Source: Coprothermobacterota bacterium
Lineage (GTDB): Bacteria > Coprothermobacterota > Coprothermobacteria > Coprothermobacterales > Coprothermobacteraceae
Direction: 5' to 3'
Assembly (NCBI GenBank): GCA_036679065.1
Contig: JAZIGN010000003.1
Coordinates: forward strand, 416,001 to 480,000
DNA length: 64,000 bases
Shown: one piece after another, positions 29,004 through 38,571 of the stretch
Layout of the letters: the number at the start of each line of letters is the position of its first letter
How positions within the stretch are numbered: the first letter of the stretch is position 1
Translations under genes and position numbers: made by a program
The notes under the pieces: model-generated
The model's input: the letters and a program-made list of their open reading frames with translations, nothing else
What the model was told of the DNA's origin: nothing
The model's database searches: none

Positions 29004-30029
29004 ATGCCAGAGTTCAGGAAAGATCCGCTTACCGGTAGCTGGGTCATAATAGCCCCCGAAAGAGCCCAAAGGCCCATAGATGCTAATCACAGAACTGCTC
29101 AAGTGGAAGAATTTGCCGAATGGAGCGAGGAGTGCCCCTTTTGTTCCGGGAATGAACTAATGACTCCACCAGAAGTACTGGCATACAGGAGCCCAGGTAC
29201 TGGGTCCAACCAAGGAGGATGGACACTAAGAGTGGTTAGAAATAAGTACCCTGCACTTTCACCAGATTTAGAGCTAAACACAGTAATAGGAAATGACTTA
29301 CATAGGAGTGTGGTGGGCTTTGGATATCATGAAGTGATTATTGAAACCCCATCGCACTCGCGTGATTTTTCATTCATGGCACTTGATGAAATCGAAGATG
29401 TTTTATGGGCATGGCGAGATAGACTTTTGTCGATTAGGGCTGATAAACGCATAAAGTACGCTTTAGTCTTTAAGAATTACGGACACAGAGCTGGAGCTTC
29501 TTTAGTGCATCCACACAGCCAGATTATTGCTACTCCTATGGTCCCTAAAAGAATAGAGGAAGAAGTACAAAACATGAGAAATTACTACGGTGAAAAGGGC
29601 GCATGTTTGCTTTGTGCGATGCTAAACACCGAGAAATCCGAAAAGAAAAGGATTGTGGAGCAGAATCAAAGCTTTACGGCTTACTGTCCTTACGCTTCTA
29701 TGAGTGCCTATCAAATCATGATTGTCCCGAATTGGCATAGTTCTGAGTTCATAGAACTCAACCCTGTCCAGATAAAAGATCTTTCCAAGATACTTTGGAG
29801 TGTTTTTCGACGTTTGCATTCAGCTGTAGGTGGGCTAGTGCCCTACAATTTGTGGTTGCATAACAGCCCTTGGTGGCAAGAATATGATACAAGCTTTTTT
29901 CATTGGCATATTGATCTGGTACCAAGGCTAAGTGAGTTAGCAGGATTTGAACTGGGAAGTGGCCTTTTCATTAATCACACGCTTCCCGAAGAAGCAGCGA
30001 AGACCTTGGCGTCGATTAATATAGAATAG
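29004..30029 (+). CDS. galT: GalT-family nucleotidyltransferase
   Basis: RKDPL..WVI...RAQRP, CPFC, NKYPAL, HEVIIE, GASLVHPHSQ, AGFELG. Confidence 0.9.
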   Translation: MPEFRKDPLTGSWVIIAPERAQRPIDANHRTAQVEEFAEWSEECPFCSGNELMTPPEVLAYRSPGTGSNQGGWTLRVVRNKYPALSPDLELNTVIGNDLHRSVVGFGYHEVIIETPSHSRDFSFMALDEIEDVLWAWRDRLLSIRADKRIKYALVFKNYGHRAGASLVHPHSQIIATPMVPKRIEEEVQNMRNYYGEKGACLLCAMLNTEKSEKKRIVEQNQSFTAYCPYASMSAYQIMIVPNWHSSEFIELNPVQIKDLSKILWSVFRRLHSAVGGLVPYNLWLHNSPWWQEYDTSFFHWHIDLVPRLSELAGFELGSGLFINHTLPEEAAKTLASINIE

Positions 30030-30169
30030 CTGCGACACAGCTAGTAAGTGGTTGTTGGAGCTAATTTTTCGACCATTTTCTCCCTTCCATGATCTGAAAG
30101 CGTTTAGGTATAATTTGACATTATTTTCATCTAACTTCTGGGGATTCTGATGAGCGAAGGAGGCCGTCT

Positions 30170-31672
30170 ATGGAAAGTGAAGCGAGGGGACAATGGGGTT
30201 CTCGCATCGGGTTTGTGTTGGCTGCAATTGGATCTGCTGTGGGTCTTGGCAACATTTGGCGTTTTCCGTATCTTACCTACAAGAACGGTGGTGGAGCTTT
30301 TTTAATCCCTTATTTGATTGCCGTTCTCACTGTGGGTATTCCTCTGATCATGCTTGAGGTTTCTCTGGGGCATAAAAGCCAAGGCTCAGCTCCTGTTGCC
30401 TTTAGCAAGGCTGACAAGAGGTTTTCGTGGCTCGGGTGGTGGCAGCCGCTGAATTCATTGGTAATCCTTGTGTACTACAGTGTGATTATTGGATGGGCAC
30501 TGAACTATATTGTGTTTTCTTTTACGCAGGCTTGGGGAAGTGACACTAATAGTTTCTTCTACAAGTCCTTCTTGGGCATAACAAGTGGACCGTTTGACAT
30601 AGGAGGCTTTCGTTGGCCCATTTTCATTGCCATGACCGTAATTTGGTTCCTGAATTGGTTTATTGTGTACAGCGGCGTGCAAAGTGGAATCGAACGAGCC
30701 AACAAGATTATGATGCCTTTGCTGTTTCTCATGATGCTAGTTTTGATGATACGTGGTGTCACGTTGCCCGGAGCTGCTGTGGGCTTGGAGCAGTATCTGC
30801 ATCCAGATTTTTCGAAGATTCTTAATGCTCAGGTGTGGATTGACGCCTTTGGTCAAGCCTTCTTTAGTTTGAGCGTGGCCATGGGTGTCTACTGTGCCTA
30901 TGGAAGCTATCTGCCGAGGAAATCAGACATTACAAACAATGCGTTTATTACAGGTTTCGCTGATACTGGTTTTGCATTCCTCTCCGGATTAGCTGTATTT
31001 TCCATACTTGGTTTCATGTCAACTCAGTCGGGTGTGCCATTCACTGAAGTTGTAACCCAGAGCATTGGCCTTGCTTTTGTAGCTTTTCCTCAAGGTATAG
31101 GTATGATGCCTGTTGTACCATGGCTATTTGGTTTACTCTTCTTTGGTTGCCTGCTTTTTGGCGGGCTCACTTCAAGTATTTCCATGGTGGAGTCTTTTTC
31201 GGCAGGTATCATAGACAAAACGGGGTACAACCGCAAAGCAGTAGTAACTTGGACGTGTTTTCTTGGTTGGTTAGTGAGTATGGTGTTTGCTACTGGTGCT
31301 GGCCTTTACATCCTTGATATCGTTGACCACTTCATTAACGCTTATGGTGTGGTACTGGCAGGTTTGGCAGAGGCAGTTGCCATTGGCTGGTTCCTTGGCC
31401 CAGAGAAACTCAGGCAGCATTTCAATGCCATTTCGGATTTCAGAATTGGTCCATGGTGGGATTTTCTGATAAAATATTGGGCGCCGCTCATTATGATTGT
31501 TATGGGGCTTGTGAATTTCGCCGCTGAAATTCAAAAACCTTATGAAGGATATCCTTTCTTGGCGCTATTCTTGTTGGGCTGGCTTGTAGTAGCTTTGGTA
31601 CTTGTAGTTGCTTTCTTATTGACCAAAATGAAACCGAAAGGATCTGTTACAACCTCTAAGGGGGGAGTATAG
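30170..31672 (+). CDS. Sodium-dependent transporter, NSS family
   Basis: GSAVGLGNIWRFPY, NGGGAF, QAFFSLS. Confidence 0.95.
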   Translation: MESEARGQWGSRIGFVLAAIGSAVGLGNIWRFPYLTYKNGGGAFLIPYLIAVLTVGIPLIMLEVSLGHKSQGSAPVAFSKADKRFSWLGWWQPLNSLVILVYYSVIIGWALNYIVFSFTQAWGSDTNSFFYKSFLGITSGPFDIGGFRWPIFIAMTVIWFLNWFIVYSGVQSGIERANKIMMPLLFLMMLVLMIRGVTLPGAAVGLEQYLHPDFSKILNAQVWIDAFGQAFFSLSVAMGVYCAYGSYLPRKSDITNNAFITGFADTGFAFLSGLAVFSILGFMSTQSGVPFTEVVTQSIGLAFVAFPQGIGMMPVVPWLFGLLFFGCLLFGGLTSSISMVESFSAGIIDKTGYNRKAVVTWTCFLGWLVSMVFATGAGLYILDIVDHFINAYGVVLAGLAEAVAIGWFLGPEKLRQHFNAISDFRIGPWWDFLIKYWAPLIMIVMGLVNFAAEIQKPYEGYPFLALFLLGWLVVALVLVVAFLLTKMKPKGSVTTSKGGV

Positions 31673-31767
31673 TGAGTACAGCTTCCATAATCATGTTAGT
31701 GGTTATTTGCACAGTTATCTATGGTGGATTAGCATTTTTCTTGAGTATCGCTATGCGTAAAGGCTAG
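31672..31767 (+). CDS. MetS-like small subunit of the NSS transporter (31 aa)
   Basis: Not in track. GTG overlaps the upstream stop, SD GGGGAG; MSTASIIMLVVICTVIYGGLAFFLSIAMRKG. Confidence 0.8.
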   Translation: MSTASIIMLVVICTVIYGGLAFFLSIAMRKG

Positions 31768-31814
31768 CGCTTTCATCTCCTACATCTTTGACTGCATGTT
31801 GCCTTTGAGCAACT

Positions 31815-31860
31815 TAAGCGCCCACGGTTTGGTTCTGCAAAGCTGTGGGCGCTTATTTAT
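31815..31860 (+). terminator. Probable terminator hairpin
   Basis: TAAGCGCCCACGG...CTGTGGGCGCTTA followed by T-rich sequence. Confidence 0.7.
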
Positions 31861-32012
31861 ATTTCTTAAGGGCTCTTTGTACCCTAAAAGAGCATATAAG
31901 GTTATAAAATAACATCAAGCATGAGTTTCGTAGATGAGCATTTATCGTGCAATAAAAAGCGTATGTGCTTTATGAGGAAAGGAAAGTCAGGAATAATGGG
32001 GAGGTGGTTTTT

Positions 32013-33584
32013 TTGATTGGGCATGTTAACATTGTTCTTCACACTCACTTGCCCTGGGTAAAAAAAGCTGGGAAATGGCCCTTCGGCGAAGAATGGCTTT
32101 ACCAAGCTATTTTTGATTCTTACATACCGCTAACGCAAACATTCTTGCAGCTCAGGGACCAAGGGTACAGCTTTAAGTTCACCATGAACATAACACCCGT
32201 GCTTGGAGAGATGCTTTTGGATGAGTATCTACAGCAGGGCTTTGTGGATTATGCTAAAGAGTTTATAAAGTCCCTTGAAACAGACAAGACAGATGTGTCA
32301 GAAGATTTGAAGCATTACTGGCTTGATTTGGCAAAAACGCGTCTAAACTTTTTTGAGTCAATTGAGAGAGATCTTCCAGGCATTTGGGAGGAACTCCAGG
32401 ACCAAGGTTACTTGACGCTGATAACTAGTGGAGCTACTCATGGTTTTTTACCACTGTTAGGACGTGATGAGACAATCGATTTACAGGTGAAGACAGGAAT
32501 TCTGTTCCATAACGGCACTTTTGGCAAGAAACCCAGGGGGTTTTGGCTTCCTGAATGTGCTTACAGGCCACGAACGTACCATGTAGCAGGTGGAGCTGTA
32601 GTGTTAAGGCCGGGCATTGAAGAATTCTTGGATAAATACGGCATTGATTACACTTTTCTTGATAGCAAACCTTTTGAGAACTATGTTTCACCGGAGCCGT
32701 GGATGACTGGAAAATCTGGTCAGTACAACCTGTTCCAGGCTTACCGTCTGAATAACAGCAACGTAGTCGGTTTTCCACGCCATGATCTGTTGTGCTCGCA
32801 GGTGTGGTCCGCAGACTTTGGTTATCCGGGGGACGGTAGTTACATGGAATTTCATAAAAGAAGCTCCTACAGCGGTGCAAGATTCTGGAAGATAACCAAC
32901 AAGAACATAGACTTCAAGGACAAGCAGCCTTATGATCCTTTGGCAGCTTTGAAAACAGTAGGCGGTCATGCCCATCATTATGCTAGCCGCATCGTTGGTG
33001 AACTGGCTGATTACTACAGTGAGTCACGTAAGGAGGGCATAGTGACGCTCACATTTGACACGGAGCTTTTTGGACACTGGTGGTTTGAAGGTCCTAAATT
33101 CTTGGAGTTTCTCGTTAAGGAGCTTGCTGAGGCACCTGTGGGATGGACTTCTGGTGAGGATTATTTGGACAATTATTCTGTAGATGCTCGTTGTTTTCTT
33201 GGAGAGACCTCTTGGGGTGAAGGTGGACACTACCGCGTTTGGTTCAACCCAGATGTGGAGTGGATGTGGCCGCAGATTTACGAAGCTGAGAACATTGCAT
33301 ATAGAGCCCTGAAAGCTGGCAAAAATGTTGCTGATGATAGACTTTTGAAGCAGCTTATGAGAGAAGTTCTTTTGCTAACTGCCTCTGACTGGCAGTTCCT
33401 TATTACTACGGGCGGTGCTGTGGATTATGCCAAAGAACGTTTTGCCTTTCATCTGGCAAATGTGATGGACTTAGCTAGCGCCATATTGAACAAGGAGCCG
33501 TTTGATGAAGAGCGTTTGATGGATCTCCAAGACAGGGATAGTCTTTTCTATTTCCTTTCTCCGGAGCTGGTGGATCTTGGGTAG
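32013..33584 (+). CDS. GH57 1,4-alpha-glucan branching enzyme
   Basis: LHTHLPWV, GEEWL, GFWLPEC, FDTELFGHWWFEG, ASDWQF; TTG start. Confidence 0.92.
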   Translation: MIGHVNIVLHTHLPWVKKAGKWPFGEEWLYQAIFDSYIPLTQTFLQLRDQGYSFKFTMNITPVLGEMLLDEYLQQGFVDYAKEFIKSLETDKTDVSEDLKHYWLDLAKTRLNFFESIERDLPGIWEELQDQGYLTLITSGATHGFLPLLGRDETIDLQVKTGILFHNGTFGKKPRGFWLPECAYRPRTYHVAGGAVVLRPGIEEFLDKYGIDYTFLDSKPFENYVSPEPWMTGKSGQYNLFQAYRLNNSNVVGFPRHDLLCSQVWSADFGYPGDGSYMEFHKRSSYSGARFWKITNKNIDFKDKQPYDPLAALKTVGGHAHHYASRIVGELADYYSESRKEGIVTLTFDTELFGHWWFEGPKFLEFLVKELAEAPVGWTSGEDYLDNYSVDARCFLGETSWGEGGHYRVWFNPDVEWMWPQIYEAENIAYRALKAGKNVADDRLLKQLMREVLLLTASDWQFLITTGGAVDYAKERFAFHLANVMDLASAILNKEPFDEERLMDLQDRDSLFYFLSPELVDLG

Positions 33585-35406
33585 GATTTACTTTAGCTGG
33601 GTCATTCATAACCATCAACCTGAAGGGAATTTCACTTGGGTAATGGATGAGGCCTATGAGAAATCTTACAAACCATTCCTAGATTTTTTGAAGCACTCCG
33701 GGCTCAAGGCTGCTCTGCATAACAGTGGCACTCTTTGGGAGTATTTTGACTTGCATGCTCCAGACTATGTTGATAACGTGACTAGCATGGTTGACAAAGG
33801 TCAATTGGAACTTATTGGAGGAACGTTTTTTGAAGCCATACTATCTACCATTCCTGATGATGACAAGGTTAATCAGTTAAAGCTTCTAAGAGATTTCGTG
33901 GAGAAAAAGTTTCAGACTCCCGTAAATGGAGCATGGGTCACTGAAAGGGTTTGGGAACCTCACTTTCCAAAGTTTTACAACGAAGCTGGTTACCATTATG
34001 TGTTCTTGGATGATTATCATTTCACGCAGGCAGGCGAACCTATGCCGCTGCAGGGCTATTACCTTACTGAAGATCAAGGTTACCAGCTTTTTGTATTTCC
34101 CATTGACAAGAAACTTAGGTATTTGATACCTTGGCACAGTCCTGAGGAAGTGCTGAATTACTTGAAGGCATTCTCTAGTGAATGCGGGGATGTTTACATA
34201 CTTTACGCGGACGATGGAGAAAAATTTGGCTTGTGGCAAGGAACACATGAACTATGTTATGAAGAAAAATACTTAGATAAGCTCCTGTCTACCCTTTTGC
34301 AGGGTGGTGTGGAAATAATACTACCTGGCGAAGTTTTGGAGAAAACAAATTGTAGTGGATTAGTTTACTTACCTACATGCACATACCCTGAAATGGCTGA
34401 ATGGAGCTTAGATGAGGCATCTTACGAGCGTTACAGACAGGTAAAAGAAAAACTGACAGAGTCTGAAGCCATATGGCTTCATGGTGGTTTTTGGCGTCGT
34501 TTTCTTAAGAGCCATCCTGAGTCTCGGTGGATGTATGGTAGAGTGGTTTCACTTTCCCGCTATTTGAACAACCTTGCCCCTCGGCATCCAAGGAAAAACA
34601 AGGCGCTCATGGAACTTTATAGAGCGGAAGCTAACGATGTTTTTTGGCACGGTGTTTTCGGTGGGCTGTATTTAAGTCATCTCCGTCGAAACCTGTACCA
34701 TAGACTCATAAAAGCAATAACTACTGCAGACGGAACAAAGAAGAGTTACATTGATCTGCAGGATTTTGATTTGGATGGAAGTGAAGAACTTAAGGTTGCC
34801 AATGATACTTATCATGTTTTTGTAGAACCACAAACAGCTTCTATAAGGGAATTTGATCTGTTGCGGGCGGAAGAGAATATGCTGGACGTGCTTGACCCCA
34901 AAGGCGAAGTTCACGGTTTATTCTTGGACAAGTGGCATGGACATGCTGTAAATTACACGATCGCTACACGAGAGTTAAAACCTGCGAAACTGGTCTTTCA
35001 CCCTGAGAACGATCTGTTGTTGGAAAAGGTTTTCACCTTTGAGTCAGGTTTCTTGGAAGTAACCTACAAGTTTTTGAAGGAAAGTGAATTTGTAGTAGAG
35101 ATTCCTGTGAATCTTTGGAATCCAAGTGCCGAGGTCACTGCAGGTAACCAAGCTTTGCCATTAAATGAAGAAGCTCAAATTATGAATGTCCAAGACTTGC
35201 ATTGGGATGTTGGGGTGGAACACATTGATTTGGTTTTCTCAAAGAGAATAAACATTAAATTGGAGCCCATTCAAATACTTCACGAAAGTGGGCTTTTTAA
35301 GGAGGTAACTTATCAAGGTACAATTGTTACAGCTCAATCTAATGCCCGTGGCGGGGAAGAATTTAGTGCTAAGCTGTATGTGTCTGAAAAAACAGAGAGA
35401 GGATGA
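33577..35406 (+). CDS. GH57 4-alpha-glucanotransferase / alpha-amylase
   Basis: HNHQP, WVTERVWEP, DDGEKFGLW, WHGVFGGLY. Confidence 0.92.
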   Translation: MGRIYFSWVIHNHQPEGNFTWVMDEAYEKSYKPFLDFLKHSGLKAALHNSGTLWEYFDLHAPDYVDNVTSMVDKGQLELIGGTFFEAILSTIPDDDKVNQLKLLRDFVEKKFQTPVNGAWVTERVWEPHFPKFYNEAGYHYVFLDDYHFTQAGEPMPLQGYYLTEDQGYQLFVFPIDKKLRYLIPWHSPEEVLNYLKAFSSECGDVYILYADDGEKFGLWQGTHELCYEEKYLDKLLSTLLQGGVEIILPGEVLEKTNCSGLVYLPTCTYPEMAEWSLDEASYERYRQVKEKLTESEAIWLHGGFWRRFLKSHPESRWMYGRVVSLSRYLNNLAPRHPRKNKALMELYRAEANDVFWHGVFGGLYLSHLRRNLYHRLIKAITTADGTKKSYIDLQDFDLDGSEELKVANDTYHVFVEPQTASIREFDLLRAEENMLDVLDPKGEVHGLFLDKWHGHAVNYTIATRELKPAKLVFHPENDLLLEKVFTFESGFLEVTYKFLKESEFVVEIPVNLWNPSAEVTAGNQALPLNEEAQIMNVQDLHWDVGVEHIDLVFSKRINIKLEPIQILHESGLFKEVTYQGTIVTAQSNARGGEEFSAKLYVSEKTERG

Positions 35407-35409
35407 GAA

Positions 35410-37056
35410 ATGGGAAATCTTTATTTAAGTTTTATCTGGCATAACCATCAACCTTACTACAAAGACCCTGACACGGGGAAGATGATTCTACCTTGGGTTA
35501 GGCTTCATGCAACGAAGGATTACCTGGATATGTTGCTTTTGAAAAGTAAGTATCCGAATGTAAAAGCTACATTTAATATGGTTCCTTCACTAGTTCGGCA
35601 ACTTGAAGAATACTGTGAAGGCAAAACAGATACGTATTTGGATCTTACAATGAAGCCAGCAGAATCTTTAACTGATGGGGAAAAACTTTTCATACTTAGA
35701 AACTTTTTTAAATCTGATTTTCGAAGGAAAATATCCAATTTCCCTCGATACGTGGAACTTTATACCAAGCGCTATTCACAGGATATCAATGAAAACTTGC
35801 ACCTTTGGACTACTCAAGAACTTCGCGACTTACAGCTTTTATTTAATTTAGCTTGGATAGACCCCCTTTATTACGAAGAATATCCCCATCTTCGTAGTAT
35901 AAGGGATAAAGGGCAGGATTTTTCACACGAGGACGTACTAGCTGTTGTTGATGTACAAATGAAGATCATAAAAAGATTGATTAACGATTACCGTGAAGCT
36001 AACGCAAATGGTGACGTTGACCTTATCTTTTCGCCTTTCTACCATCCCATTTTGCCCTTGATTTATGACACGCGAAGTGCAAGACGAGCTAGGGAAGATG
36101 TGCTGTTGCCTCACTTGATTCTGAACGCGCCGCAGGATGTAGAACTGCAACTTCGAAAAGGGTGGAATCAACACAAGGAGTTTTTCGGGAGAGCGCCCAG
36201 AGGTTTTTGGCCTTCGGAACAGTCGGTTTCTACAGAAGTGCTTGGTATTGCATCTGATTTGGGTATTACATGGGCTGTTACCGACGAACGTATTCTTGCA
36301 AAAACTCTTGGTATGGCATATTTCTCAAGGGCAGGAAGGGACGTGCCTGAACAGGCAGCCTTACTTTACAGGCCTTACAAGTTATCGCTATCCAACGGTA
36401 AAGAAATGATAATAGTATTTAGAGACCAAGTGCTGTCAGACCTTATTGGATTTGAATATGCTAAGTGGTTAGCAGTTGATGCTGTAAACGATTTCATGTC
36501 CAGGCTGGAAGCTATTTATGCGAAGGTGAAACACTTAGATGGTGATTACTTGGTCACGGTGGCCTTAGACGGAGAGAACTGCTGGGAGTATTACGAAAAT
36601 GACGGTTATGATTTCCTTTCAAGGCTTTATTCTGTGCTTAGCGATACTGAGTGGGTAGAAACAGTGACCATAAGCGATTTCATTGAAAAGCATGATAATT
36701 TTGGCAGGCTTTCTAACCTTACGACAGGATCCTGGATAAATGCGAATTTTGACATGTGGATAGGAGACCCATGCAAGAATAAGGCTTGGGATTATCTTAT
36801 TGCTGCTAGGATGCAAGTGGAGCTTGCCTTTAAGAAGTGCACTAATTTGGATGAAGAATTGAAGGATCAAGTTATGGAACAACTGCTTATTGCTGAAGGC
36901 TCTGACTGGTTCTGGTGGTATGGAAAACCGAATGAGTCCCCAGATAAGCCAATTTTTGATGAGCTCTTTAGGAAGAATTTAAAGAAAATCTATGAACTCA
37001 TGGAGGAAGAAGTTCCACAGTTCCTAAGTGAGCCTATAGTTGACAGGAGGTGTTAA
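35410..37056 (+). CDS. GH57 amylopullulanase-like glycoside hydrolase
   Basis: WHNHQP, PWVRLHA, GFWPSE, LDGENCWE, AEGSDWFWW. Confidence 0.92.
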   Translation: MGNLYLSFIWHNHQPYYKDPDTGKMILPWVRLHATKDYLDMLLLKSKYPNVKATFNMVPSLVRQLEEYCEGKTDTYLDLTMKPAESLTDGEKLFILRNFFKSDFRRKISNFPRYVELYTKRYSQDINENLHLWTTQELRDLQLLFNLAWIDPLYYEEYPHLRSIRDKGQDFSHEDVLAVVDVQMKIIKRLINDYREANANGDVDLIFSPFYHPILPLIYDTRSARRAREDVLLPHLILNAPQDVELQLRKGWNQHKEFFGRAPRGFWPSEQSVSTEVLGIASDLGITWAVTDERILAKTLGMAYFSRAGRDVPEQAALLYRPYKLSLSNGKEMIIVFRDQVLSDLIGFEYAKWLAVDAVNDFMSRLEAIYAKVKHLDGDYLVTVALDGENCWEYYENDGYDFLSRLYSVLSDTEWVETVTISDFIEKHDNFGRLSNLTTGSWINANFDMWIGDPCKNKAWDYLIAARMQVELAFKKCTNLDEELKDQVMEQLLIAEGSDWFWWYGKPNESPDKPIFDELFRKNLKKIYELMEEEVPQFLSEPIVDRRC

Positions 37057-37061
37057 GAGCA

Positions 37062-38030
37062 ATGACCATGGAAGAAATGGCAGAATCTTTTCCAGAGTGG
37101 CTTTTAGAAGCCGAGGAACTTACAAAACACTTACCTTTTGAGGAGATGAGTAGAAAACTCATAGTTGGTGCCATGGGTGGGTCGGCGATTGGAGCTGATT
37201 TTGTGAACACTGCCTACTATGACGTGCTACCGCCCATACCAGTGATTAGGGACTACCGACTGCCCTTTTGGATAGGCGATGGGACATTTATTGCCTCAAG
37301 TTATTCCGGCAACACAGAAGAGACGCTTACACTGATGAGCGAGGCGGTAAAGCGTAAGCTACAGATTGTAGGTGTTTCATCGGATGGGGAAGTAGAGAAA
37401 TACTGTTTGGAGCATAACAGACCTTTCGTAAAACTACCTGCTGGTTTGCCTCCACGTATGGCTTTGCCTTACTCGGCCCGGGTCATATCTGTTTTTGTTG
37501 AAAACCTCCATGGCATTAAGCTGCCCTGGAAAGAAGCAGTGGCGTTTCTTAAGAAAAACATGAACGTTATGAAGGACGAAGCGCAGGCGATTGCTGAGAA
37601 GTTGGCAAATACTGATGCTGTTTACGTGTTTTCTTCCCAACGTGACTATGTTTTGTCAATGCGTTTCGCTGGAGAGATCTCTGAGAACGCCAAAGAGGTG
37701 GCAGGTTTTCTTTACATGACTGAAGCAAACCACAACTTTTTACAGGGGTTTCAACATGGGGCCAGTCCTAAAGTGGGCATAGTTGTCTATGAAGACACTG
37801 AAAAGTATGAACGCATAGAACTGCAATCTTCTTTCTTGCTAAGAAAGGCAGAGGAAAATGGTTCTCCTGCTGTTAAAATAGGGCTAAAAGGTGAAACTAG
37901 ATTGGAAAGACTTCTTTATGGTGTTCTAGTCGGGGACTTTGCTTCCATTTACATGGCTGAGAAGAAAGGCATTGATCCTATGCCCGTACATATTATTACT
38001 GAACTGAAGACCTTTTTGAAGAACGCATGA
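37062..38030 (+). CDS. Bifunctional phosphoglucose/phosphomannose isomerase (SIS family)
   Basis: MGGS, SSYSGNTEET, PPR, ENAK, EANHN. Confidence 0.9.
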   Translation: MTMEEMAESFPEWLLEAEELTKHLPFEEMSRKLIVGAMGGSAIGADFVNTAYYDVLPPIPVIRDYRLPFWIGDGTFIASSYSGNTEETLTLMSEAVKRKLQIVGVSSDGEVEKYCLEHNRPFVKLPAGLPPRMALPYSARVISVFVENLHGIKLPWKEAVAFLKKNMNVMKDEAQAIAEKLANTDAVYVFSSQRDYVLSMRFAGEISENAKEVAGFLYMTEANHNFLQGFQHGASPKVGIVVYEDTEKYERIELQSSFLLRKAEENGSPAVKIGLKGETRLERLLYGVLVGDFASIYMAEKKGIDPMPVHIITELKTFLKNA

Positions 38031-38524
38031 TAACGTGGATGGGTACACTTCTGTGGGCCTTGAGCTCGTTGTTTTTGGGCTACTGGGGTGTACCCATAGC
38101 TGTCATTACTTTCTTGGGGTGTGTGGCCGGCTGGGCCTGGAAAGGGGTAGCCGTCGAAATAGCTGTCGATACTGGCCTATTCCAAAATCAGGCCGAGTTT
38201 TTTTCAAAGCTTCCATTGGGCGTGGTACAGTCGATGGCTCCTGAAATCAGGTCAGCTGTAGCTTATGCTTTAATAGCTTTTGTTGCTGTGTCTGTGATTG
38301 CCGTTTTAATTTTGTTTTTTGCAGCCTGTGCGTTTAAGGTTCACACAAAAAGCCCAAGAACGTGGTCTAGCACGTTAGTTAGCTTGATTGTGGGATTTGT
38401 AGTGGGTTTTGTTTTCGTAGGCATATGCGGCTTGTCGCTCAAAGCTCTGGGATACGCAGTACCGGTTGCTGATAATGCCTTGTTGCAGTACTTTTTCTCA
38501 GTTCTTATCAAGACTCTTGCTTAA
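38027..38524 (+). CDS. Hypothetical membrane protein
   Basis: ATGA-coupled to the upstream gene; several hydrophobic helices. Confidence 0.65.
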   Translation: MITWMGTLLWALSSLFLGYWGVPIAVITFLGCVAGWAWKGVAVEIAVDTGLFQNQAEFFSKLPLGVVQSMAPEIRSAVAYALIAFVAVSVIAVLILFFAACAFKVHTKSPRTWSSTLVSLIVGFVVGFVFVGICGLSLKALGYAVPVADNALLQYFFSVLIKTLA

Positions 38525-38571
38525 ATAACTCTGTCTTGCTATGTATATACGGTATGGAGGTGAACAAGGAT

